A DNA stretch of 64,000 nucleotides from a virus, in the IMG/VR virus record IMGVR_UViG_3300006802_000073, positions 1 to 64,000 of that record, one strand, 5' to 3'. The position numbers were made by a program, and so were the translations under genes. Below, in pieces: positions 1 to 12,882 of the stretch (the first letter of the stretch is position 1; every line of letters begins with the position of its first letter). The notes beneath the pieces are model-generated. The model saw only the letters and a program-made list of their open reading frames with translations. It searched no databases and had not been told where the DNA came from.

Positions 1-607
1 CAGCATCTAGATTAGTACCAGCTCCATCAACTGTTATTAACTTACTCAGTACATCTGCTGCTGTATATGATCCTGCAGGTAAATAGTAGCTACCTTGTTG
101 ACCATCTAATAAATCAGCATCTAATCCAGAACTAGTACCATCAACATCTAAAATACTACTTAACAAATTAGCATTGGAAACTGCACCCGTGAAAGTACCT
201 ACGGATGTAGCAGTAAGAGAACCATTAACTTCTAATCCACCGCTTGTAACTTGAAGTGTACTTGTTCCACCTTTAATATAGATTGTATTTGTTAATCCTG
301 CAGTTCCAGAATAAGATCCTATAATTGTATTATCTGTACCCGTGGATACAGAACATCCAGCAGCAGTACCAAAAAAGTTATTACAACTACCTGTACAATT
401 ATTATATCCAGCCCGATAACCAAAAAAGTTATTATTAGAACCTGTGGTATTACAAGATCCAGCTAGATAACCAATAAAATTATTATAATTACCAGAAGAA
501 TTAGCACCCGCGCATTCACCTAAAAATACGTTACTAGAATTTCCTATAGAGTTAGTTTTAACTCGCCATTGTTCAAATGTGTCTGTTCTTTCTACAAATA
601 TAGACAT
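1..607 (-). CDS. tail fibre-like protein, runs off the window edge
   Basis: Manual translation MSIFVERTDTFEQWRVKTN...; repeated NxFxGxxAG units and the GLDADLLDG motif typical of phage fibres. Confidence 0.7.
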   Translation of the reverse strand, partial: MSIFVERTDTFEQWRVKTNSIGNSSNVFLGECAGANSSGNYNNFIGYLAGSCNTTGSNNNFFGYRAGYNNCTGSCNNFFGTAAGCSVSTGTDNTIIGSYSGTAGLTNTIYIKGGTSTLQVTSGGLEVNGSLTATSVGTFTGAVSNANLLSSILDVDGTSSGLDADLLDGQQGSYYLPAGSYTAADVLSKLITVDGAGTNLDA

Positions 608-620
608 TTTTCCCTACCCG

Positions 621-857
621 TTATTTTGTCTTATTATTTATTATTGTTATTAAACTAAAAACTAAATCTTTTAATTCTTTTAGTTCTTGTTTTATATCTG
701 AAATTTCACTTGCCGTACTAAAGTTTTGCTCTCTAGTACGGCGAAGTTGTTCACGTTGTAAAAGGTATTTTTTATATTCACCTGAATCAGTGCTAATTAT
801 GCCTTTAGAAAAATCATCTCTAATTAGACCAGGTTCATTTTTAACTTTTATGGACAT
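621..857 (-). CDS. small coiled-coil hypothetical protein
   Basis: 78 aa ORF coupled to the upstream structural gene. Confidence 0.6.
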   Translation of the reverse strand: MSIKVKNEPGLIRDDFSKGIISTDSGEYKKYLLQREQLRRTREQNFSTASEISDIKQELKELKDLVFSLITIINNKTK

Positions 858-3800
858 GCAATAATTCTCAAATCTTTAACTAATGGAATCCATGCTGATG
901 ATGTGCTTCTAAATACAATCTTAATTGCAACTATAGTGAATGCTGCAATATCATCTTCTTCATATTCAACATCTGTAAAATATGTTTGATCCTGTGTCTT
1001 TACAATTGATGAAAGAGGAGTCATTTGTTTCCAATTTTCAGATGATAAAGTATCAGTACCAGAACGATAATAAACATCAATATCACCTTGCGAAGGAACT
1101 GATGCTGAGAACATAACTTTTAAGAATTTTGAAGGATTTTTTAAATTTAGTTGTCTAGTTACATACTTTGCAGCTGCACTACCATTCTTTGGTGCTCTTT
1201 CATCAACAAAATTATCTTTTACTACTAAAGTAATAGAATTACCTGTTCCCTCTGTAACAAATGAAGAATATGTTGTAATATTGGCAGAACCATTTTCATT
1301 AACAACTGATGATATTATAACTTCAACATTATTTGAAGGATTACCAGCACCCGTAATTACAACCGATTTACCCGAATCAATAGTTCCTAATAAGTTTGCT
1401 GTAATACCATTTGTAGTACTAATTGTATTTCCACTAAATGATATCGTGGTATTTCCATCAACTACATTTCTATAAGTATGTGCAAAATTAATACTAGAAG
1501 CAGTTACATCATTAATGGAATTTTTAACTACAATTACAGAGTTTCTATTAAAGTCAATAACTGGCGATACACTATCATTTGATGATGAAAATATTGCAGA
1601 AATTTCTAATGATTTATCTGCAACCGATGGTGAATTTTGATTCTCATCCGAAAGAATAATTTTTTCTGTTGTGTAATAATTATTTCTATTAGGTACAAGA
1701 GAAACTGCAGTACCCATAGTCGTATCTGAAGAATTTGTTGTTTTACCTGTAAAATTAATAACAGTATCAGAGAAAGTTTGATATTGTATAATTGGTTGTA
1801 TTATACTATATTTTTTACTATTAGTTGCTCTAATAGAGCTTCCACCTACAAATGATGTAGTTGTAGCTGTATTTGCTAAAGTAATACTATAAGAATTAAC
1901 CTCTACATTACCTACAGTATGAGATTTGTTTACATCTGTTGTATGAATTCCACTTTGTGTACTAAATCCTGTTAACGTTACAGATGATCCATCTACAAAA
2001 CCATGATCAGTATGGACGACTGTAATTACATTAGATCCATTATAAAATAATAATGGATTTCTTTGTAACGTTACTGAAGGAACTTTTTCATTTACAAATG
2101 ATATTGTTGCATCAGAATTTGCAGTATCAAACACTGCTCTATACAATGTAAATTTCAAATCTTTAATTGATCTGCAGTCCATGTAGATGCATTTTGAGAT
2201 TTAAATAATGATCCTAAAGCTGGTTGTGCCGAAATAATTCTATCAGTTCCAACCATTGTTTCACCAACTTGTGAAATCCACATTCTATAATTAAATGAAT
2301 CTGTTAATACAACTATACAATATTCTACTCCATTCTGTAAGTAAATAGGACTATCAAAAGTAAATGTAGTGGCAACACTTCCATCTTCAGAAGTAGCAAC
2401 TTGTTCAGGAGTTTTGAATACTCTTCCAAAAGGTAGAACACGTTTTCCTGGATAGCCATTTACAACATCTCTAACTTCAAGTTTTACCGGTAATACATCA
2501 TCTTTATTAGAGAAGAATAAATCAACCTTAGTTAAGAAACAACCTCCTCGTTGATCTACTAAGAATGTTTGTGCTAATGGTTCATCATCACCACCATCAT
2601 CACCTCCATCTTCATCCGGTTCTTCTATACCCACAAATATGGGTACTTCTACATATACAGGAACTTCTCTAATTAGTTCATTTTCTATAATATTTGTAGT
2701 GTTTCTATTAGAAAATACTTTCTCATTTGTTTGAGTTATAGTTTGTTGCCCTGAAATATATTCCTGTGCAATCTCTGCTACTCTTGTTGAAAGAATAGTT
2801 CCTTGTCGTGTTTCTAATGTTCCAGATGCAGTATAAGTTGTTCTGCCTCTCGTTGAACGTGTTATTGAATTTGTAGGAGAATCAGATAGAGTAAAATCTC
2901 TTGTACCTGTACGGAATCTTAATTCTTCGGAATTTGGTATACTAAATATACCAGCAATATCACCATTGATATTTGTTACTAATTGATTGCCCTGTGTTTC
3001 AGCAGTTACATCTGAAACTAATGTTGCAGTTGCACCAGAAATAGAACCAGTAATAGGATTATTAGCTTTTAATTCTCCCTGTATATTGACCAAATGTAAT
3101 ATATTACCAGCACTACTATTTTCTACAAAAGCTACAACTGCAGAACCATTTGATGTTTCTATTGTATATGAATTTGAAGAAATATAAACTACATCACCTT
3201 TATTAAATGCAGGCTCTGAATCATTATTGGTTCTTCTTCTATTTCTAGCGGCAGCAGTATCATAAGTTTCAGCATTTGTTTGATAATCAAATGTACCAGA
3301 TACAGAAGTTAATGTTGCTTTTGTTGCAGGCGTAATATACGTTGAAACAGGTATATTATCAAAGAAACCATAGATATTAGAATTTGGTTTCATACCTCGT
3401 GTTAAGAACATAACATCACGAGCACGTATATAAGGTATTGCTGCTACAGAAACTACTCTATCACCTAAACTTCTTGTGTCTATTTTAGATACAACAGAAG
3501 TGCGTACTCCTGTTCTAGATTGTCCTATTTGTGTTGTCTCACGCTGTAAAATAGTTGAAATATTATCATTAGCATTTATTTGTTGTGTTCCGAGATTAAT
3601 AGTCTCAACTTGTGGAGAACCAACCCATTGTGTTTCCCAAGAATTCCAAACTGTACCTAAAGAATTATCTACAACTGATTTTATTGCATCAAAATTACCT
3701 TCATCATTTACAATTAAATCTGGTGTAGTTGTAGTTTCAAACCATTCATCTGATGATGGTGTTAATGTAAATCTACCAGTAAAATATGCAACTGAAAAAG

Positions 3801-6800
3801 GATTAACATTCTCAGTTTGTGATGCATAAGGTTGTTCTATTAATGGTGTATGAGAATAACGTAAAGTTACTAAATCTCCAGTAACTTGATATTTAGATGA
3901 TATTCTAGCAACATCAGTATTATTCTTTTCCACTAAATTAATATTATCCATGTAGAAAAGAGGACGTAACTGATTATTCTGCATATCAACAGCACATCTA
4001 TAATCAGGTGAATATACGTCACCTACTCCATGTCCTTCAAAATTATCTACAATAAATCCATTTTTAAATCTATATAAACCATCTGCATCTAATATAGTTA
4101 AAGATTTAGTTTCTTGTTCAAGTAAATTTAAAGCAGTATAATATTCGACTTGATTTAAACGTTTTTCCAATGTACCGATATCACGCATTGTATAACGTTT
4201 ATTATCAACAGGAGTAATAATTACATCTGGTGTAGAAGTAGATGCTGTATATGGGGTTAAACTTAATTTATATAAAGTCATCCCTAAATCAGGGTCATTT
4301 GGCTCAGGTGCAGTTATTGCGGGTGCTCCTGATACAACAAAAAAATCACCTGCTGGACTTAATGCAAGTTTATCTTTTCTACCTAAATAATAATCATAAC
4401 TAAAATTTGTTTGAAACCCTCTTCTTGGAATCTGTGTTAAAGATGCTCCCCCTGATGTTGAAAAGTTTAAATTATTGTCTGCTTTTCTTGGTCTAAAATC
4501 TAAAACATCAGTAAGTTTTAATGAATATCCTTCACCATAAAATATTGGAACATCAATATCTTGAATATTAATATAAGAATTAGCTGAGAAATAATCTCCA
4601 GCACCATGTTCAAAATATCTAAATGATACCGTGATATTTCCTGATGGAATAGGATAACTTGGTTTTCTAATCAATCTAGAAACATCATAATGAGTTAAGC
4701 GTTGCCCATTGTCTAAAGTAAACCAATCAGTGATATCTATTGTATTACCAGACATCTTTACACTATCAATTCTATAAACATCTGCTTCATTTAATAAAAT
4801 AGAATTTTGTTGATATGTATTAGCATTTGTTATAGTTAAAGACCCTATAGTTGGTGTCTTATCTTTTGCTGTTAAAGTTTTAACAATAGGCAATATAATA
4901 GTGAAATTATCTGAAGCTGTTAATCCAGAAAGAGTAACAGAACCTGAAGTTGTACCAATAGTTGGATTTTCAATTGCACCAGTATCTCTATTAATAACCA
5001 CATAATCTGTAGAAAGTGCAGATGCATTATAAGTATCACCCGTAATAGTTAATCCTCCACTACCCGATGATGTTCCTTCAACAACTTTAGTTACTGTATA
5101 AGAGGGTGAACTTGTTTCTTTAATTGAAACATAAGGTAATTCAAAAATTAATGGTTGTAGTTGAGGTTCATAAATAGATGTCTGAATTCTATAAGGAATA
5201 GAATTTGTTATAGTAACTGAAAGATCTACAGTTAAACTATAATCATTTGTAATTGATATAACTTTACGTTTATCGGTTGTTGGATTGTTAAAATATATCC
5301 AATCACCAACAACTAATTCTGTAGTAAATTTTGTACCAGAGCCTGTTACAGTAGTAGCTGCTGATGCTGTAATAGTTCCAGAAAGTTGTACTAATTCTGG
5401 TTCTATATCAGCAGTAAATGCTACTCCAGTAGCAACATTACCTAATTGTTTTACATTTCTAGTAAAAGACTTACCAGAATTCATTTTTATATCAAATATT
5501 GATAATTTAAATACTCCAGATGTTGCAGAAGGATTACCCGAATCGTAATATAAATCTCTAACTCTTGTTGTACCAACAACATTTGCTGTCACTGCACCTC
5601 TAGTTACTGTAAATGCATCATAAAGATTTACAGTACCAAATTCTGTAATACCTAATGTTGCAGTTGCATTTGCAAATACATTAGAAACTCTAACATAATT
5701 ACCTACAGTTGTAGGAACAATATCATTAGTAACTGAATTATAAGATCTTGCTTTTGAAACCGTGAGATATTGAGTAGCTATTTTTTCTATTTCATAACCT
5801 TCAACATATGCTTTACCGGGTTCAAGTGCTACTACTAATTTACTTTCATCTCCACCTGCATCTGCACTATAAAGTCCTTGATTATATGTAGGAGTTTCTG
5901 TATATAACCATTCAATAGATCCATCAGATGCTGAACCATAAGTATGTGTAGGTGCTGTGGAACCTGCTGTATATGTAGCCCCTGGATCATCAAAAGCAAT
6001 ATAAGTATTACCATTATAAACAATATTATCGCCAACTAAAATATTACCTTTACCTGAAGTCCATACTCCACGATTATTATTTCTATGCTCTTTTATTTGA
6101 ATTGCAAAAGGTCTTACTGTATAATTTCCTGATTCATCATATGTTCTACGTGCAAGTGTTTTTTCTAAAACAGAATATTCTGTTCTATTAACTAAATTTT
6201 TAATTAATCCATTCTCAATTCTAGATAATTCTATAAAATCTTGATCTAATGTAGATGTAAGAGAAAGTTTATCTAATGTTAAACTAATCTTATAACGATG
6301 TGCTCCTGGAGCAGTTTCGTTATAAGAACCTTGAGCATTATCTACTAATGAAGAATCATCTTCTTCAGTAATAAAATTTTCAGATAATGCTAAACCTACT
6401 CTATATGAAGGAAGACTAGAATATTTTTCTAAAACTATAGTTTGTGCAAGAACTTGTACAAAGTTATTTGCAATATAATAAACTCCGGTATCAATAGATG
6501 CTATAGAACTATTAGTTATGGCATCAGAGGAAATTGTAGTTAATGTAGAACTAGAACCGGAGATTGTTAATTCTTCTCCATCATCAAATGTAAGAAATTC
6601 TGTACCCGATCTTATAAATTTTACTATTATAGTTGGTGAATCAGAACCCTCTGCATTTATTCCTTTAAGAACAGTAGCTTTAACACCAGATGAAGAACCT
6701 GTTACAATAATGCCTTTTTCACTAAATACAGAAGGTAAATTAACACTGGTAGCTTCAAGTTTTACAGCATTGACATTGGTATCAATTGAAAGTTGTCCTG

Positions 6801-6987
6801 GTATGACCATAGAACCTTCTTTAAAGAAGTGTCTACCAAATCTTTCAATTTGTTTCTGTAAAATTGTTTGTAACTGCGTTAATTCTCTTGCTTGTACAGC
6901 TACACCTGGTTTAAACAAAACACGATGAAACCCCTTAGTTTCATCGTAATCGTCGTAATAGGGCTCTACATTAAAGTTAACTGTCAT
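848..6987 (-). CDS. giant virion structural protein (DUF4815/VrlC-like), split by a one-base frameshift near 2160 into ORFs 2155-6987 and 848-2182
   Basis: N-terminal NFNVEPYYDDYDE..FHRVLFKPG.AVQARELTQLQ motif; the motif SQNASTWTADQ/DLKFTLYRA is split across two frames; C-terminal VKDLRIIA. Confidence 0.8.
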
Positions 6988-6998
6988 TTATATCTCTT

Positions 6999-8318
6999 TT
7001 AAAATTCTAGAACAATATATAACGATTCTACTTGATCAGTAGAACGTGAAATTACATTTCTATTATCAACATATAAAATTTCACCAGAATTTTGTGCCAC
7101 TGTAGCAGTAGCATTTGCTGATATTGTACCCAAACTTGTGCCACTTATCTGAATTGTATCTCCATCCTTAATGGTAGCAAAATTTGCTTGAATATTAGAT
7201 GATGCTGTTCTTGTTCTAATGTAATTGATTACATCTGAACCCGCATAATTTACAACAATTGCATTTGCACCTGTAGTAGTATCCTTTAAAACTACACCTG
7301 GAAGAATACTAGCTGATTCAGCATCAGCTGATGTTAGTAGTAAATTACCATAGTTTCTTAATGTTGAAGCAGTTGCAATTGTAGTTGTACCATAATTATA
7401 AGGATCTTTGATTACTCCAACTTGTCTAAATTTTGTATTTGCAGGTATATCAGTATCAGTTTGCTCTAAACGAACATTAATCATTGAATATACACCACCG
7501 ACTTCATCAATAGCATCATAACCATGCCCATCTACTGGTGCAATAATTGGTTCAATTACTGCATTACCAATATCTGTAGTAATATTGGCAACAGTATAAC
7601 CTGAACCAGGATTTAATACATTAACTTTCCAAATATTACCGGATGTAACACGAATATTGGCAGTTGCTCCACTACCATCACCTACAATAGTTATAACAGT
7701 ATTATCTGCAAGTGATCCATTATCTACATTGGCAGATACTATATTATAAGCATAGATACCTTTAGTATTTGCGGCATTTGTTGTAACTGTAGAATCTGAT
7801 AAAACTGGAATAAATGTTGGTGTTGAAAATTTTAGAACATTACCTGTATCAATTGTATACATATACTTCCATGTATAGCCATCAGCAGTATAAACAAGAT
7901 TGTTACCTGTTAATCCTGTACCTGTGGGTTCTGTTGTTGAAGCTAAGGAAGCATTTGCATTATTTAAACATTTATAAACAAAATAACTAGAATTCATAAC
8001 AACAAAATTTGATGCAAATAAATTAGATGCAGTAATTGAGTCATTATATTGTGAATAAACTGTACCTGAGGTCCAAGAATTCCTTGGAATAACATGTGTA
8101 ATATCGCTATCCGTAACTTTCTTAAGAGCGATCATATTATCCCAAACATCTACCTGAGAACGATAAGTATCTATAGGAGTATCTGGTGCACTTTCAGTTG
8201 CCCATTCTTCTGGTTTTCCTACAAATACATATAATTTAGTATTTGCGGGTTCTGATACAGCCTCCACAAATTGTCTTGCATTGTGAAGCCTCATATCTTT
8301 TGTAATTATAGCAGCCAT
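6999..8318 (-). CDS. gp8: baseplate wedge subunit
   Basis: VYKCLNN, DGYTWKYMY, FRQVGVIKDP and GEILYVDNR motifs; synteny with gp7/gp6. Confidence 0.85.
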   Translation of the reverse strand: MAAIITKDMRLHNARQFVEAVSEPANTKLYVFVGKPEEWATESAPDTPIDTYRSQVDVWDNMIALKKVTDSDITHVIPRNSWTSGTVYSQYNDSITASNLFASNFVVMNSSYFVYKCLNNANASLASTTEPTGTGLTGNNLVYTADGYTWKYMYTIDTGNVLKFSTPTFIPVLSDSTVTTNAANTKGIYAYNIVSANVDNGSLADNTVITIVGDGSGATANIRVTSGNIWKVNVLNPGSGYTVANITTDIGNAVIEPIIAPVDGHGYDAIDEVGGVYSMINVRLEQTDTDIPANTKFRQVGVIKDPYNYGTTTIATASTLRNYGNLLLTSADAESASILPGVVLKDTTTGANAIVVNYAGSDVINYIRTRTASSNIQANFATIKDGDTIQISGTSLGTISANATATVAQNSGEILYVDNRNVISRSTDQVESLYIVLEF

Positions 8319-8343
8319 CTAAAATCTCCAAAACTATTTGTAA

Positions 8344-8351
8344 TATTTATA
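8344..8351 (-). promoter_or_regulatory. T4-type late promoter TATAAATA
   Basis: Exact TATAAATA on the minus strand about 25 nt upstream of gp8. Confidence 0.7.
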
Positions 8352-8354
8352 TAA

Positions 8355-10112
8355 TTAAACTTCTTCTATCGATATATAAATTGGTGGAGGAATTAATGAA
8401 GGTGTACTTTCTTTTATATCTTCAATTGTCAAATACTCTATATCATAAATTCTTAAATCATCATAATCGTATTTAAATCTTTCTAATGTTTCATATGATG
8501 GTCCAATTCTATATCTAAAATCTCTTGATAATCTAGCATATGACGAAATTTCAACAACAGTTGATGCTGTAGTTGGAATTCTAACAAAAGCAGATTCTGT
8601 TATTTGTTTTATTAAAAATATAATCGAATCATAAACATTCATTACTCCAGAATAAGCAGCCTCTGTAACATCGGGAGTAAATTCAACGTATACTTCACCA
8701 AAAAGTTCCATACCTGCGGGATGTAAAATCTTTTTAACTAAATCTTTCCAGTATATAGATGATTGAGTAGTGCGAATTACATAAGAATAATCTTGATAAT
8801 AATAACTATCCTGTACCTTTATTTTTTCATCTAGTTGACCTTCTTTTCCTGTATAATAACCTTCATAATTACACAGTGTACCAATAATAGGTGTTATATT
8901 ACCCTGTATACTATTTAACGAAAGATTACCTACTATTACATTTGAATTAGATAAAGCAAATCTAAATCTCTTTGTTGATGGTGCTGATATTACAGTATAC
9001 AATCCATCATATGAACTAGATAAATTTGATGTAAAAGTCACATTAATAGTATCATTTGCAGCTAAACCATGATTTGCTACATTACCAGACGAATCAATTA
9101 AAGTTGCTGTAATTACATTAGATTCTAAAGAATATTTACCATCCTGTATTGTAGTTGGAAGAGTTATAGATGCAGTTGCTGTTGAATAATCAGCTCCAAA
9201 GTTTGATATAGAAATTCTTTTTATTTTACCCCCATCACCTATAGCACCAATAGAACCAGAAAATGAATTACCTGTTGTTCCACTTACAGAAACTGCAGTA
9301 CCAACATTATATCCATAACCTGAATCTACTATATCAAAACCAGTAATTACATTTAGTACAACAGCTTCACCAGTAATATCTAAATTACCGGTAATCAAAT
9401 TACCATATTCAAATTTAATCGTTTCTCCACCAGAAAATGTACCATTAATAGTATCTTGCTCTAATGTTAATTCATAAACATCTTTATTAGGTATTTCATA
9501 ACCTAATCTTGAAACAGAATCCACAACAGCAGATGCACTAGAAGTTAATCCAGTAATTAAATTTGCACTATATGTAGATAAATCTACACTATTACCTGGT
9601 GCATAAATTTTAATAGTTTTTCTGGTAATCCATCTTCCATCAGAAGCTCTTAACATATCTTCTTTTGGATAATAAAAAGTTATCTCATCATCAAATAATA
9701 ATCTAAACAATAATCTTATAGCAGCTTCTGAACCTTTAGTTGCATATATTTGACCAATTTTTTTAGCTAAAGCACGTTTACTTTCAGTTTGATCTATATC
9801 AGAAAACAATGTATCATAATCGCCAGGATTTTGATCTGAAAAAATTGTTTTGGGTAAATCATATGCAAATTCTTGTAAAAATTTATCTACAAACGTATCT
9901 ATAGTATCATCTATATCAGCATATGCTCTAGCATTTTGAATTGCATATTGTGCTTCACCATCTTGTTCTAAGAATTCATAATATGCTTGAAGAAAGGCAA
10001 TAAAAGTTTGGTAATCACTACTTGATGTAGGATCAGATAAATCTACACGCAAGAATTCAGGTAATTGATTAATTACCTGATGTGATAATTTTTTAATTAA
10101 AGTTGTATCCAT
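8355..10112 (-). CDS. gp7: baseplate wedge initiator
   Basis: FLQAYYEFLE, YATKGSE..LFRLLF, QDSYYYQDYSYVIR and HPAGM motifs. Confidence 0.8.
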   Translation of the reverse strand: MDTTLIKKLSHQVINQLPEFLRVDLSDPTSSSDYQTFIAFLQAYYEFLEQDGEAQYAIQNARAYADIDDTIDTFVDKFLQEFAYDLPKTIFSDQNPGDYDTLFSDIDQTESKRALAKKIGQIYATKGSEAAIRLLFRLLFDDEITFYYPKEDMLRASDGRWITRKTIKIYAPGNSVDLSTYSANLITGLTSSASAVVDSVSRLGYEIPNKDVYELTLEQDTINGTFSGGETIKFEYGNLITGNLDITGEAVVLNVITGFDIVDSGYGYNVGTAVSVSGTTGNSFSGSIGAIGDGGKIKRISISNFGADYSTATASITLPTTIQDGKYSLESNVITATLIDSSGNVANHGLAANDTINVTFTSNLSSSYDGLYTVISAPSTKRFRFALSNSNVIVGNLSLNSIQGNITPIIGTLCNYEGYYTGKEGQLDEKIKVQDSYYYQDYSYVIRTTQSSIYWKDLVKKILHPAGMELFGEVYVEFTPDVTEAAYSGVMNVYDSIIFLIKQITESAFVRIPTTASTVVEISSYARLSRDFRYRIGPSYETLERFKYDYDDLRIYDIEYLTIEDIKESTPSLIPPPIYISIEEV

Positions 10113-12175
10113 TACTTAGGAATTGCCTGTGTACTTAAAGTAATACCTGCCAATCTATTTGTAGTATTATTTGCGGTTTCAGTATCTAATTCAATAATTT
10201 GATTTCTTGCAACAATAATATCTTGTGAATCTTTTGTTAATTTAAAATATAAATTTAATGTAGTCTGATCAGCAGGATAACCTGTTATAGTTAAACTTGT
10301 TAATTGTATTAACCCTGATTCATATGATATAAATCCAATATTATTATTTAATGTTGCATTATCAGAAACACTATAAACAAGTAATCTACCTCTATCTTCT
10401 GATTGAATAGACACTGTTCCAATATCATTACCTGTGTGTTCAGATATTACAGTGAATTTTCTTAAAGATTCTACTGTATTGATGGAGTAAATTCCGTCAA
10501 TAGAAGAACCGGAGAAATTTAAACTAATATTTTCACCTTCAGTTAATCCATGTTCTTGTTCAAATGTACATGTAATAATAGCACCAGATCTACGATAAGT
10601 ACCAGATAAACTAACTGTAGCTTCATCTGGAATATCTTTTATTCTAGCAGCATATATAGTACCTAAATAAGAATAATAAAATTGTGTAGAGGAAAAACTA
10701 TGTTCTTCAATCTTATTAGATAGTTTTATCTTATTAGAAATTCCAATACCTAAAGCGGGCTGTAATTTCTTCTGTACTGTAATCTCTGTAATATTTCCTA
10801 TAATAGAATCTCTTGCGACATCTATAGCTGCTAATAGTTTTGAGAGAGCAAAATCTTGTTTAAAATTTCCTAAATTTTGTGTAAAATAATTCTGTATAGA
10901 GGTATTTACTGCGGTCGTGATATCAGAAGAACCTTCATTTGTAATATTTGGATTATATTTAATTGCAGAAACAATATTAAGATAAAAGATATCTGGATCG
11001 ATGAAAGTTGGTGTTATAGCTAATGCTCTTTTCTCTCTAATAGTTTCTATTATACTATTTTTTCTTGTTGTTGTTAAGAATTGTGAGGGTTTAGGTACTA
11101 TAGAGATATATACTTTTCCATAAACTGGTGGATCATTATCTTCTCCACCCCAAACTGATACTGCATCAATGTAATTATAATTTTTGACTAAGAAAGACTC
11201 ATAATCGTATTTTGAAACTAATCTATTTTGTGCTGTAGCAGCTTTTGGAGCATTAAATCTAATTTCATCGATTGTTTCGGGATTTTGTCCATCTGTAGAT
11301 TTTGTTGCTGTTGTAACAGAAACATTTGTATAACCAATAGTTCCATCATAAATAGCTCCACCTAAGGTAAAAGATTGAGTAATCTTATCAGATACATTAG
11401 CATCTGGACCAGAGGTTGTCAAATATTCTATAGTTACTTGTTTTCCGGTAATTAATTTAGTTCCTAAAACGCCATCACCAAAATATATTTCATATAATCC
11501 ATTAATATTTTGATCTAGAAAAAAGATTTTGCTATCTTCTGTAACCTGTGTAATATCTCCGGCGAATAAATTGTATATAGTTCTAGTTGTGCTTGTAGGA
11601 TTATCTTGAACAGTTACAAGAATAGTAGTTGTATCTACATTTGCATTAGGAATTTCAAATTTTTCGCTAGGACCAGGATTTGAGCCAACGGTAAATTTAT
11701 TTACTATATAAGTACCTTCAAATATCTCAAGATTTTCTAATGAATACACACCTCCATTAGGTTCAATTGTTTGAGGTTCTATATTATAAAAAGTAAATGT
11801 AGTATTATTAATAGATGAAGTAAATGGTGTATAACGATTAATAATAAGTGAAGTGGGAGCTGCTCCTACATTATTTACAGTTAGATTTATTAAAGCGGAA
11901 GCTGCACGTATAGATCTTGGTGTATAGTTAAGCATTTTGGCGAGAGATACAACAGATTCTCTCTTCACTGCAGTGTCTAAAAATAACTCATTTAATGCCA
12001 TATTTAAATAGAATGCATTGTAATGAGTATTATATGCTAAGACATCTAAAAGAATAGAAAGTCCAGATCCTTCAAAGTCATAATCTGAGAAAGTTGATTG
12101 ACCTTGTAGATATGTTTTTAGATTATTTTTGATCTGATCAAAATCTAATTCTGTTACTCTTAAGCTATTTGCCAT
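10112..12175 (-). CDS. gp6: baseplate wedge subunit
   Basis: LDFDQIKNNLKTYL..DYDFEGSGLSILLDVLAYNTHY, QNRLVS..DY, VWGGEDNDPPVYGKVYI. Confidence 0.9.
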   Translation of the reverse strand: MANSLRVTELDFDQIKNNLKTYLQGQSTFSDYDFEGSGLSILLDVLAYNTHYNAFYLNMALNELFLDTAVKRESVVSLAKMLNYTPRSIRAASALINLTVNNVGAAPTSLIINRYTPFTSSINNTTFTFYNIEPQTIEPNGGVYSLENLEIFEGTYIVNKFTVGSNPGPSEKFEIPNANVDTTTILVTVQDNPTSTTRTIYNLFAGDITQVTEDSKIFFLDQNINGLYEIYFGDGVLGTKLITGKQVTIEYLTTSGPDANVSDKITQSFTLGGAIYDGTIGYTNVSVTTATKSTDGQNPETIDEIRFNAPKAATAQNRLVSKYDYESFLVKNYNYIDAVSVWGGEDNDPPVYGKVYISIVPKPSQFLTTTRKNSIIETIREKRALAITPTFIDPDIFYLNIVSAIKYNPNITNEGSSDITTAVNTSIQNYFTQNLGNFKQDFALSKLLAAIDVARDSIIGNITEITVQKKLQPALGIGISNKIKLSNKIEEHSFSSTQFYYSYLGTIYAARIKDIPDEATVSLSGTYRRSGAIITCTFEQEHGLTEGENISLNFSGSSIDGIYSINTVESLRKFTVISEHTGNDIGTVSIQSEDRGRLLVYSVSDNATLNNNIGFISYESGLIQLTSLTITGYPADQTTLNLYFKLTKDSQDIIVARNQIIELDTETANNTTNRLAGITLSTQAIPK

Positions 12176-12178
12176 ATC

Positions 12179-12580
12179 TTATCTAACTCTATATAAGAAA
12201 GTTGTTACTGTTATAGGTCTTGTAGTATTTATAGTCATAAATTCTATAGTAATAGCTATCTCGTTAGGATCATTAGTTTCTGCTACTCTAACATCGATTA
12301 ATCTAGCTCTGGGTTCATATGTAGAGATAACGGTTATAATAGTTTTCTTAACTAATTCAACAGTAATTGGTGTAAAATTTTCAAATAATAAATTAGTGAC
12401 CTGTGATCCGATTTCTGGATGAAAAGGTCGTTCAAAGTTTTTAGTAAGAACCAAGTTTTTAATAGAATTTTTTACAGCATCGTCATCTACTCTTGTTAAA
12501 ACATCTGCGGTTAGGGGATGTTTATCAAAAGTAAGATTTAGATCTGTAAATGTACGTACTTTTCTATTTATAGTAGCCAT
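12179..12580 (-). CDS. gp25: baseplate wedge subunit / sheath initiator
   Basis: SIKNLVLT...ERPFHPEIGS...YEPR motifs. Confidence 0.9.
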   Translation of the reverse strand: MATINRKVRTFTDLNLTFDKHPLTADVLTRVDDDAVKNSIKNLVLTKNFERPFHPEIGSQVTNLLFENFTPITVELVKKTIITVISTYEPRARLIDVRVAETNDPNEIAITIEFMTINTTRPITVTTFLYRVR

Positions 12581-12588
12581 GTAAATAT

Positions 12589-12882
12589 TTATCCTGCATC
12601 TACATCATTTGATGCTGTTATTATTGTTCCTACAAAACAACCTGCAGTAACATCTCCTAATCTAGCTATACCTCTACTATTAGCATATGTTTTTGTCGAT
12701 GCTGTTATAATAGTACCAAAATGTCCACAGGATGTAAAAACAATATCACCTAATCTAGCTACACCTCGACTATTAGCATAAGTATCTGTTGATGCTGATA
12801 TAATAGTACCCTTAACTGTTATAGGTACTATATGGCAATAACAAATACCAAAAGCAATATCTCCTAATCTAGCTACTTTCAT
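12589..12882 (-). CDS. PAAR-like spike tip protein (gp5.4-like)
   Basis: Three (V/I)ARLGD repeats with Cys/His ligands. Confidence 0.85.
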   Translation of the reverse strand: MKVARLGDIAFGICYCHIVPITVKGTIISASTDTYANSRGVARLGDIVFTSCGHFGTIITASTKTYANSRGIARLGDVTAGCFVGTIITASNDVDAG

